DNA of 64,000 nucleotides, from assembly GCA_000004985.1 (NCBI GenBank), contig GG738865.1; one strand, written 5' to 3'. The notes under the pieces were generated by a model, which worked only from the letters and a program-made list of their open reading frames with translations, was not told the DNA's origin and made no database searches. Shown one piece after another: positions 36,742-46,660 of the stretch. The DNA is from Naegleria gruberi (taxonomy: Eukaryota). Every line of letters begins with the position of its first letter. Within the stretch, counting starts at the first letter, position 1. The position numbers and the translations under genes are program-made.

Positions 36742-39700
36742 TTATTTACTATTCACAAGGTTGAATTTGGACATTGATTTTTCAATCATTTCAGAATCTT
36801 TGGAAAAAGAAATATAATCATCGGTAAATACAAATCTTGAGAAGGTATCTGAAAGATTTAGGATAACATTTTCCATCAATGTTTCAATACATTGAGAGAT
36901 TGAGCTAGTGTCAATCTCTTGACTTTCTTCACAATATTCCTTATACATTTTTGCAAATGACTTACTACAATTCGAAGGAATATTCACTTCCATTATTGAA
37001 CCTGCCTTGACATAATTTTCATAAATATGGGAAATTATTTCACAATTGAAATTTCCATTCTGTTGTTTGATATAGTGGTAGAGATATAAATTCTCAGTTG
37101 AAAATTCCTTCTTACAGAATTGTTCCAACAATGAAGAACCATGGCTATTTCCAAGTAAGGTAAATAATTCCTTATTATCTTCTTCATCTTGAAGTTTTTC
37201 GGCCCCTTTTCTGTTAAAAGTTTTGATTTTGTAAAGAATTGTCATCAATGAGCTGAATCCACCAAATACTAAAATGTAGAACAAAATATAAACTAATTCG
37301 AAAGCAAACGAAGCGTTATCATTAGGCAGTATTCTCACATAGCCTTCCTCTGACTTGTATCTCGATTCTAAAGTGCTCAAACCAAGTGAAATATTCAAAA
37401 TAAGAAAGAAGAAGCTCACAATAAACAAAATCATTTCCCATCTAAAGAATAGAGGTGAATCTTGTGTGAAAATCAAATCTTTGAAAGATCTGTTCTTTGA
37501 TTTGACACAACCAAAAATGAAATCAAAAAGGAATACACAAGTAATCAATGTACCCATGGTAAGAATCATCACTGCATATGAGATTACAACTATATATCCG
37601 AATGTTTCTAATGAAATTGCCTTCACACCAAGTAATATTACCCACAAAGTCCAATAACACAAATTTGCAACACAGAAAACGATCAATGTTCCAATGAAAA
37701 CCTTATTTGAGGTTAGAATTTTCAATACTTTCAATGTTGCATTCTTTGATTTGTCTTCTTTAATGGAAATGAGATCGTAGAAATATTTCAATAATTCGAA
37801 TCTAATAACTTGAATCAGATAGGACAAAATTGCTGTCAAATTGAGAGAATTGGCAAAGATCATGACAATGTTGGCAATTAGAGTTGCTGCCGAATCGGCG
37901 TTCTTACTCTCTTCACTTAAAATGTTTGTTTGACGAATTAATTGGTCAACCAGAACACTTCTCTGAACAATATAAATTAACACGCATTCAACAATCAATG
38001 CAATCATTCCAATATAGGGAGTTGCTAATCTAGAAGCTATTGGTTGACTCTTTCTAAATATGAATAAAGTTATCAAAACCATTAAGGAAATTATTAAATA
38101 GAAAATACCAAAACTAATTTGAGCAAAGTATGTATCAGATAATTGATTCATCACAGAAATGCTTGTTGCTACTCTCTTCTGACCAATAAATGTTGTAAAC
38201 AATGTGGTGTGATTACAAGCACATTCAATAAAACCATCTTGAACTTGGTTGACCAAACAACCTTCACTGCTCCACAATCTAGCTTGTTCATCCCAATAAT
38301 CACAACTATATTCTTCTGATTTGTTGATGGATTTAGACTCAAACGTCAATAAAATAGGTTGTTCCAAATTTGAAAGTTTTACAATTTGATTTTCTTTGTA
38401 AAATTTAAAGTCCATAGCTGAGGAAGAAGCATTTCTGGAATCATTGTAATGATTTTCACCATAATTGATCAATGAAATAGCACATTCTTTATCAAAGGCA
38501 TCGTATCTTGATAGAATTGCATTAGAATCGAATAGAACCTTATTGCTTCCTTGATTAATTGATTTTTGACTGTTTCCTGATTTGTAAATCTTGAATGATG
38601 ATATTATTAAATTAATATTCGTGCTATTGAATTCAATCTTTGGTAATTGTGATAGCGTTGAGTTCACTGACAATTCGCTAATGATTAGTATTTCAGAAAG
38701 TGAATTAGTCAACTTTCTAATATTATCAAAATCAGAAATTAAATTAGACAGTATACCAACTAGTTGTTCAATATCTTGCTTTGGGATCTTGTTTCTGACA
38801 AATCCAAATAGCTGATTCGAATATTGATAAGCAACTTTAGTCACACTTAACAAATCACCAAATTTAGATTCCAAATCGAAAATTACATCCTGATCTAAAA
38901 GGGCATATGTGTTGGTAAGGAATTTCAATAGAAACATGTTGGAAAATTGATTATTCAATAGAAGTTGTTTAACTAGTTGATTATTAAGTTCTTTTGATCT
39001 GTCAAGTGTCATATCTAAGGCAATGCTAGCAAGAATGTTAAAGTTAGAATTGCTATTGATAACTCTATTCATTAATTCAAGATAATTTCCATCAAATTTT
39101 GATATTTTGATAGAAAATGAACTTGTAATTGTCTCAACATTTCCATATTCATCTTTACCAATTATGGAAAGATAATAATTAGACTGTTTTAAAAATGGAA
39201 ATCTAACATTTTGTGTTCTATTATATGAAAAATCAGTAATTCTCATTAATTGTCCCATATAATGCACCCCAATTGCATATTGTAAAGATACAGAGCTGTT
39301 CCAACTATTGATTGTCAAATTGAATACATCTCTAATAGCAACACCTTCCAATGGAGTATTATTGGCGAACAAGTTATTAGAATCGACTGGTTTCATATAT
39401 TGATAAACTGGAATTTCTGAAGAATAGACAATTTCACTTCCCGCCAAATTTGTGAAATTCAAAGAAAATATCAAAGTTCCATATTGGTCAACTGAATTGC
39501 CATTGAATTGAACGAGAAGAGGTGATTTCAAACTAACTTTTTGTAATAAGGTTTCTTGTGCCATTGTCACCATTGAACTTTCGGTCTTTTTCAGATAAAC
39601 TTGTGAATTAATCATGTAATAAATTGACAATGAATACTTGGTTTCACATTTTGATTCACTCAATTTACAATCCTTCATCCATAAACTACTTATTTCATCC

Positions 39701-41283
39701 TTCATTTCAAGTTTTGAAACAATAAATGTATAATCAATAGTATTATTCTTATTGGAAATCAAAACTTGTGGCATTCCCAAAACTGTAAACAAATTATTTG
39801 AAATATTTGTGGGATGTGTGTTACTAGAAACAATTGTCAGGGTGAAATATTGCAGTGTGGAGTTCATTTCTGTGCCTTTCAATGCTTTTGCTTGGAATAA
39901 ATAGGTTCCAGTAAAACTTCCAGAGTTGATTACTAAAATTGGAGATTGAGCATTTGTTGAGTAATTGACCATATTGGAACAATTAAGACATTTCCATTCA
40001 TACGTAAGTAATTCAGTTAATGAACTAAGAATAACCACTTGGGTTGATTGAGAATCATCAATGGTTTCTTCATATTTGCTCAACCAAATATTAAATGTCT
40101 TTACAACAGGATCTGGTTGAGTAGAATTAATACTAGACATTGCAGAACAATCAGTTCCACTAAAACCAGCATTACATACACAATAGTTTTGTAAAATGCA
40201 TGTTCCATTACCTGAACAAACATTTGAATCATTTGACAATTTTCCAAAACAAGTAATGACATCTACATTAGGACTGTTTTGATAACATCTTGTCAAATTT
40301 TGAGTCAAAGAATATCCTGAATTGCATCTGGGTGTAAGTTTTCTTACCCTCTTTTCATCCCTATCAATGAAATAAATTTCTCCTTTCCAAACTTTAACTG
40401 AAATTGGAAATTTCAATGATGAAAGAGTTGCATCCAAATTATCAGCAGTGGAAACGTCAATTTGTGAACCTGCAATGATGGAAATGTTTCCATCTGGTTG
40501 AATTCTCTTAATGAATTTACCAGAAGAAACAAAGAGTTGACCTTGCTCATCCATAAATGAACTTGTTGGTTGGTCAATTGGTTGAAAATGAATTGTTTGA
40601 GAAGATATGTTAACAACATTAATCATGTTAATTCCAATATCTGAAATATAACAAAGTGAACCAGAAATGTGAATATCAACTGGTTGGCTCAAAGCTCCTG
40701 TGGTAATAGCACTTTCGGTCACAATTTTCTTCCAAACTTTTTTTTGTTTCGAATCCAAATAATAAATTGAAGAATCAGCAAGTCCTACTTGAATTCTAAA
40801 CACTTCATTCGATGTGTGAACTTTGGCAGAAGGTAACGTAGTTGAGTTCTCAAAAATCTTAAATACGAAACTTGTTGTCGAATAGAAACTGCCAAAATAA
40901 ATAGCATCTCCATCCATAACAATGCTAGTTAAATTTCCCAACGTGGCCTCACTCATTAAAACTCCAGGAGATGGATAACCAAATGTGGATGTACCAAAAA
41001 GTTTTTGCATGTGTCCAGTGGATTTGTTAATCTTTCGAATATTAAATTCATCCAATAGATAGATATCTCCTGTTTGTTCATGAATGGCTAATTCTTTAGG
41101 ATCATGTAACATGATTTGGGTTGCAAGAGTTGAGTTGTTTGTGTCCATGCTGCCACCACCAGCGATGGTTTCAATTGAGTAAGAAGGTGAAACATATTGT
41201 TGTGCATGTAGTGCCTTGAATGTGGTGAGTAGCATGGCTAAAGTAACTAACACAAGACACATCAAGCGTCCAATACCTTTCAT
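36742..41283 (-). CDS. Giant single-exon receptor (1513 aa), an adhesion-GPCR-like protein fused to RGS. In order it has: a signal peptide, NHL/beta-propeller-like repeats, an EGF-like module, a long extracellular region, a GPS motif, seven TM helices, and a C-terminal RGS domain.
   Basis: Signal peptide MKGIGRLMCLVLVTLAMLLTTFKALHA. EGF-like CSGNGTCILQNYCVCNAGFSGTDC. GPS CDYWDEQARLWSSEGCLVNQVQDGFIECACNHTTLFTTF immediately before TM1. Seven hydrophobic segments. RGS domain LEQFCKKEFSTENLYLYHYIKQQ...YENYVKAGSIMEVNI...FAKMYKEY. Confidence 0.8.
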   Translation of the reverse strand: MKGIGRLMCLVLVTLAMLLTTFKALHAQQYVSPSYSIETIAGGGSMDTNNSTLATQIMLHDPKELAIHEQTGDIYLLDEFNIRKINKSTGHMQKLFGTSTFGYPSPGVLMSEATLGNLTSIVMDGDAIYFGSFYSTTSFVFKIFENSTTLPSAKVHTSNEVFRIQVGLADSSIYYLDSKQKKVWKKIVTESAITTGALSQPVDIHISGSLCYISDIGINMINVVNISSQTIHFQPIDQPTSSFMDEQGQLFVSSGKFIKRIQPDGNISIIAGSQIDVSTADNLDATLSSLKFPISVKVWKGEIYFIDRDEKRVRKLTPRCNSGYSLTQNLTRCYQNSPNVDVITCFGKLSNDSNVCSGNGTCILQNYCVCNAGFSGTDCSAMSSINSTQPDPVVKTFNIWLSKYEETIDDSQSTQVVILSSLTELLTYEWKCLNCSNMVNYSTNAQSPILVINSGSFTGTYLFQAKALKGTEMNSTLQYFTLTIVSSNTHPTNISNNLFTVLGMPQVLISNKNNTIDYTFIVSKLEMKDEISSLWMKDCKLSESKCETKYSLSIYYMINSQVYLKKTESSMVTMAQETLLQKVSLKSPLLVQFNGNSVDQYGTLIFSLNFTNLAGSEIVYSSEIPVYQYMKPVDSNNLFANNTPLEGVAIRDVFNLTINSWNSSVSLQYAIGVHYMGQLMRITDFSYNRTQNVRFPFLKQSNYYLSIIGKDEYGNVETITSSFSIKISKFDGNYLELMNRVINSNSNFNILASIALDMTLDRSKELNNQLVKQLLLNNQFSNMFLLKFLTNTYALLDQDVIFDLESKFGDLLSVTKVAYQYSNQLFGFVRNKIPKQDIEQLVGILSNLISDFDNIRKLTNSLSEILIISELSVNSTLSQLPKIEFNSTNINLIISSFKIYKSGNSQKSINQGSNKVLFDSNAILSRYDAFDKECAISLINYGENHYNDSRNASSSAMDFKFYKENQIVKLSNLEQPILLTFESKSINKSEEYSCDYWDEQARLWSSEGCLVNQVQDGFIECACNHTTLFTTFIGQKRVATSISVMNQLSDTYFAQISFGIFYLIISLMVLITLFIFRKSQPIASRLATPYIGMIALIVECVLIYIVQRSVLVDQLIRQTNILSEESKNADSAATLIANIVMIFANSLNLTAILSYLIQVIRFELLKYFYDLISIKEDKSKNATLKVLKILTSNKVFIGTLIVFCVANLCYWTLWVILLGVKAISLETFGYIVVISYAVMILTMGTLITCVFLFDFIFGCVKSKNRSFKDLIFTQDSPLFFRWEMILFIVSFFFLILNISLGLSTLESRYKSEEGYVRILPNDNASFAFELVYILFYILVFGGFSSLMTILYKIKTFNRKGAEKLQDEEDNKELFTLLGNSHGSSLLEQFCKKEFSTENLYLYHYIKQQNGNFNCEIISHIYENYVKAGSIMEVNIPSNCSKSFAKMYKEYCEESQEIDTSSISQCIETLMENVILNLSDTFSRFVFTDDYISFSKDSEMIEKSMSKFNLVNSK

Positions 41284-41688
41284 TCTATGACCTTTCGAAT
41301 AAAAACAATTTCAGTGAAGGTGTGAATTTTTTTTTTAAGAAACAACAATACCAACAAAAGAGCATCCAAATTCACAACTATTGACTCTTCCATGCTACCA
41401 ATCGTGGAACAATTACCCGTGACTCGCTTTGTAAACTCCAAAATGATTCCCTTTTCGAAATGGATGTTTCTCATGTCCATTGGAGAACTACAAGTTAAAG
41501 CAAGAAATATCTGGAAATGTAACATGGTCACCACAGAGATATATGTTAAATGTTAGAGAACTCTTGGTTTCCTAGGAGTTGAATGCAACACAACATAATG
41601 ATTACTATTTTAATGTGTTTGGTTCAACCAAGTACTTAACAGTGATTGAATATCATCTTGGTGTGAACAGGTGGACAAACAGACCGAA

Positions 41689-43509
41689 TCATTGGTCTTC
41701 AGTTTGAAAGTTAAAGTTGTGAGCTTTGATTCTATCGGTCAGTCGAATGCTATCTTGTACGAAATTAATTGGATGAAGCATGTGTAAGTGGAAAATAAGG
41801 TCAGTACCCTTGTCTGGCATTTCTGATGGATCGAAACAAGTTGTGATGAAGGTCAGATACTTTTCTACTTGATCCTGGATCCAATCATTGGTTTCCTCTA
41901 AAGAGGGCATGCATTCGCTCAGCTCTACAACATGTTCCTTGAGGAATGCAATTGAATTGCATGGTTTTTCAAAGGAATTCATCAAGTCTGATTTGACAAT
42001 ACTAAAATTGAAATCCTCATTCTTAATTGGTGTTGCAATTAGTTCCAAAAAATCCATTTTTAAATCTGGGGGAAGTAAATGACTTGTTCTGACCTTATCT
42101 GAGTGTTGCTTTCTATTATTTAGTAATTTCCTCATGTCAATATCCGAAAGTTTGAATAGATTTTCCTGTTCAATATAATAATTATCAAGGAGTATCAAAT
42201 GTAGGCCAATTAATATATCATCTTCGACCAATAATTCATTGCAAGGAAGTTGTGGCAAGATATTTTCCATGAAATAGTTTGCCTTTTCTATCATTTTCAA
42301 CATGCATTTGTGAATCCATTCGAGTTCTTGGGGGTCCAACTGTTTGCTTATTTGAGGAGAAACTCTATTGGCAACTGATTTTAAAAATTCAATATAGAGA
42401 GGAATGGTATTTTCAAAATCAACTGAAAGTTCATTCTTTAAAATTGGCTTTTTCACACAAAATAGGCACTTCTCAAAGAGTTTCAATAGACTAGAGTCTC
42501 TTTTAAACTCTAAACAATGATCAGCATGTGGAATATAGGTATCAATTGTATGTGGTAAACAATTCACGGAAACTAGAATCTTCTTTGTTTGAATTTTGGC
42601 TAATCTTTGCATGAGAATGTGTTGTTCTGGAAGAAATCTCAAATTTTGCAATGGGTCAAAGTTCAAAATCATGAAAAAGAAAGTCTTGTCCTCAGCAGAT
42701 GCAAGCCGGTTAAACTCTTCAATAATTCTTTCTCCAAATAACTCAAATTGGAACATTCCACAAACAAAATATGTCTGCAACCAATCAAGGTCATACCACT
42801 GATTTAACTTTCTTAAGGAATCACTCTCATCTTTGAAATAACTCAATGTTCTACTCATAAATATCTGATTGACAGTATTAGAATCGTATAAAATTATCTT
42901 ATGCCACTTTGAACTAACAAATGAACATTTTTCAATGAGAAATTTGGTATCAATAAACTCAAATATCAAAGCCAACACATGATCTTCGATTGTCAATTTA
43001 AACTTCTTGTCATTTTCACCTGCAATTGATTTCTTCTGACTACTGTATGCAGCACCCTTCCAGATTATATCAATAATTTGCAAAGGATCAAGATAACGGT
43101 CATAAATAGCTTCCAAATCAATATCTATTGAGAGAATATCATTATCCATTCGTGGCACAATTGCTTTATAAGAATTGTCAGCAGAGTTGTGTAATTCAAT
43201 CGAAGTGAATGTCATTTTCATTTCTTCGACACTGTCAAATGTTGCAAATCTCTCTCCATCAACAATTTTCGAATCTCTCATATAGGGTGATTGTTCATCA
43301 TCTATTTCAATGTCTTCACTTGTTTCTCCTCCAACCGAAAGAAAGAGAAAATTATCTAGAGGACTCACATAAGAATCACATGTTGTTGATAATTTAGTAG
43401 GAATTTTGTGATTGAATAACCATTGATCGATGAGTGATGTGGCATTTAAAAATGTTCCTTCTCTGTCATCGTTGAAATCATACCATCCTCCCTCTCCATC
43501 ACACGGCAT
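41689..43509 (-). CDS. Hypothetical protein (606 aa) with an internal F-box-like motif
   Basis: Single ORF. LALIFEFIDTKFLIEKCSFVSSKWHKII resembles an F-box. The rest is unassigned. Confidence 0.5.
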   Translation of the reverse strand: MPCDGEGGWYDFNDDREGTFLNATSLIDQWLFNHKIPTKLSTTCDSYVSPLDNFLFLSVGGETSEDIEIDDEQSPYMRDSKIVDGERFATFDSVEEMKMTFTSIELHNSADNSYKAIVPRMDNDILSIDIDLEAIYDRYLDPLQIIDIIWKGAAYSSQKKSIAGENDKKFKLTIEDHVLALIFEFIDTKFLIEKCSFVSSKWHKIILYDSNTVNQIFMSRTLSYFKDESDSLRKLNQWYDLDWLQTYFVCGMFQFELFGERIIEEFNRLASAEDKTFFFMILNFDPLQNLRFLPEQHILMQRLAKIQTKKILVSVNCLPHTIDTYIPHADHCLEFKRDSSLLKLFEKCLFCVKKPILKNELSVDFENTIPLYIEFLKSVANRVSPQISKQLDPQELEWIHKCMLKMIEKANYFMENILPQLPCNELLVEDDILIGLHLILLDNYYIEQENLFKLSDIDMRKLLNNRKQHSDKVRTSHLLPPDLKMDFLELIATPIKNEDFNFSIVKSDLMNSFEKPCNSIAFLKEHVVELSECMPSLEETNDWIQDQVEKYLTFITTCFDPSEMPDKGTDLIFHLHMLHPINFVQDSIRLTDRIKAHNFNFQTEDQ

Positions 43510-44889
43510 TTTTTTTTATTTGTGAAAATGTATTGTAATAGTCCAGTTTATGAAGTAATGGGATCAATTTCGGGTATGCATTTCGGATCAAATCAGAATT
43601 GCACCAATGTGAGAATTGTAATCATCATCAAGGACTCCTTAGTTGAGTAGGAATCATAGATGGTTGAAAAACAATTAATCTATTGGAAGTAATGAATTGT
43701 TCATCCTTAAACACTGTATCAACCCATCTAGATGTATGCGTTTCGCTAATTGTTAGAAATATCTAAACTGTAACTGAGTTCAATTGGTGAGTATTATTTA
43801 TTTCAATGCGGATCTTGAGGGTGAGGCTTAATTATCATGTTGTTGAATCGATTGTTAGGTGTAACGAGTATTGCTTGTTGAAGATGTTCAATGTCAATAC
43901 TGTTACTGCAGTCGGTACGTAAATTCAATATATATATTCTGATGATTTTATTTCTAATTGTATAGAATGTCCACCTGCTGCTTGCTCTCTTTTTAAGGGT
44001 GAACGGATTAATTTGAAGAGTTGTGAATGTATAATGTTTTTAGATCAAATTACTGTTCCTGCTCTCCTTACTGTTGTCAATCCATCTAAGAATATTGGAT
44101 CTCTTTCCATGAAAGTTGGAGGTGATGAATTCTCCTCAGCTCTGGTTCCAATGGATTTGTCAATACTATTCCTCTCCAAGTTGCACACAAAAACCTCATT
44201 CTTCTCAATAATGGATCTCGAATAGTTCAATTGGGAACTATCCAGGAAGTCCAACTATTTGGTTATGTTGTTAGTGGTAAAACTCCTGTTATTTGAAAGA
44301 AATAGTTCCATTAATTTGGAACCATTGGAAAGTGCAATAAGAGCAACCACTGCAAGTTATGAAGAATTCAATTTCTGTCCATCTGCTCCAGGTAAAATAA
44401 TGATGTATTATTCTTCATTTACTCTTTCCATTCCTTTCAGCGACACAACTTGTAAACGATCTGGAAAAACAAACTATATGGGTGCTAATGTTTATATGGT
44501 TAATGTTTCCAATCTTAAAGGTGGCACTATTGAGGTATCTGATATGGTATATTAATAAACCAGTACATACCAAGTTATTATTCTACAACTTTAAAGAATA
44601 TAGTACTACAACCTTGCTAATATAATATTTTAAAGTTGAGTGGCAGCTTTGCTTCCTGGCTTGATGGTTGCTTTGCCAGGAGCAATTTTTTAAAACATTC
44701 AATTTACTGCGTGACAATTCAATTCTCAATCTTTAATAATGAGATTTAAATAAAAACAAAAGAACTGCTGTTATGGAAATAAGGCAACACCAGTCTTTCC
44801 TTTTTGAAAAATTTAGACAAATGACGTTACACTGCGGTGACAAGTAGAACTTTTAAAAAAAAATAGCTATTCACAACATTCATCAAGAA

Positions 44890-46551
44890 ATGGGTGGAAG
44901 TGGTAAGTTTCATCATCCACTATCGAAACTAAACTAAACTAAAGTTTCTAGATCAGATCTTGGTTTAAAACCATGGTTTATGCTTTACGAAATCGAAGAA
45001 AATTTAAGTACGGGAGACATTGTTTTATTTTCAACAAGATCCATACCCGGAAGAACATTCAGACATTGCACAGAATCTAAATATTGTCACGTAGGAATAA
45101 TTGTTAAACTGCCAAAATCTGACAAATCAAATTATGGAAACTCTGAGAATAGTAATATATTAAACACAACAGGAATGAAACAACCACCAACAGCAGAACA
45201 TGTCTATGTATTAGAAGCACAAGTTGATTATGATGGATTATTAGAAATTGCAAAATCAGCTGCTTCCGATTCAACCTCTACAAGTCAACAAGCTGCAATC
45301 AATTTTAAAGTTAAAACTTGGGCAAGTTTACAAAGATTGAGCTCAAAATTATATAGTGGATATTATGATTTAGTTTCGGTTAGAAAGTTGAAATATTTAC
45401 ATGGAAAGAAAGGTGCTGATAAAATTCAAGAAGAATTAATGGATTTATTATTTACTAGAGATTCTAATAATTCAGCAACTGAAGAGGGAAAGATTTCGAA
45501 TATTCTTGAGAATGGTATTTCATTTACAATTCATCCACATTATTTCCAAAACTTTTTTAGAGATTCATTGTTTGAGAATGGTTTAATTTATGCTTCTCCA
45601 GTTGAGGATCGTCAAATTATTGTGAGTGCTTATTTCACCGCTTTTATTTATCAGAGATTGGGAATTTTTGATATGGAAAACAAATCACTCATTACAAAAT
45701 TCACACCATTCCATTTTTCTGAAGATTCCACTTACAAATTACCTTTCAACAAGTCATTTGTAATGGGTTTGGAAAGTCCAATGTACATTTATTTGGATTA
45801 TGAAGTATTTGCTGATCAGGTGAAAGTGGAAAACAAACCTCTTCCGCTTCCTGTAACTGATTTTCCAATTGTTGATAAAATTGTGAGAGAGAGAATGACA
45901 TTTAATGAGTCAATTCTTGGTACATTGAGATCTGGTGATTTGATTTTTACTCAGGAGGAATCATCTGTTGGAAAGGCAATAAGAAGAGCTTGGAATGGTT
46001 CAGTATTCTCTAGAGTGGGTGTTATCATTAGAATTCAAGGTCAACACTTTGTTTATGACATAGCTCCATATTATGTGAGTCAGGAGGAAGCCAAAATACC
46101 TCAAACAAAGATTTTAGAAGGAAGAATTCAATCATTACACTCCTATATTCACTCAACTCCATTCACTAAAGTAACTGTGAGAAAATTAGAAAATGAAGGA
46201 ACCAATGTTTCTGTCAGAATGCAAGAAAAACGTGTTCATGTAGCTCTAGAATTCCAACAAACATTGGAATGTCCACTCAATAAGAAGATTCGTGAAGTTT
46301 TTGATAATATTGATGCTAACAGTTATATTCCAAGAATTAGATTTGATATTTCAGGAGTTTTCTCATGTGTATTTGTATTACTAATGCTCAAACAATTGAG
46401 ATTAATTAATGTGAGTGATGAACCAGCTGATCTTTTATCTTACACTCCTCAGAGTATTCTTGATTTTAAGAAATTGAATGGTGATTACAAATTAACTGAT
46501 GAATTAACTGTATTGAATGCCTTTGTTACAACTGGTAACCATAAAGTTTGA
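44890..46551 (+). CDS. Protein with two tandem permuted-papain-fold (YiiX/DUF830/NlpC-P60-like) domains, preceded by a 13-nt first exon encoding MGGS; join(44890..44902,44957..46551)
   Basis: Repeat 1 GDIVLFSTRSIPGRTFRHCTESKYCHVGIIVKLP...EHVYVLEAQ. Repeat 2 GDLIFTQEESSVGKAIRRAWNGSVFSRVGVIIRI. Upstream ATGGGTGGAAGTG|GTAAGT, then a 54-nt intron ending ...GATCAG, joins in frame (MGGSDLGLKPWFMLYEIEE...). This is the only phase-compatible splice found. The single-exon alternative starts at ATG 44980. Confidence 0.5.
44926..44943. repeat. (AAACT)3 microsatellite inside the proposed first intron
   Basis: aaactaaactaaactaaa seen directly. Confidence 0.5.
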
Positions 46552-46660
46552 GTTATTTGACTCTAAATGTTAACTCTCAAAATCTTTGTTGTTCTTTTAA
46601 AGTCATGAATAAAATTTTCGCGCCAAAATTGTATTATTCAAAAAAACACAAGTAAAAAAA

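Noticed and set aside
41280-41534. 84-aa minus-strand ORF immediately upstream of the receptor gene, as a possible extra 5' exon
   Set aside because: The receptor ORF already starts with a canonical signal peptide at ATG 41283. The upstream ORF shows no hydrophobic or conserved features and no splice donor.
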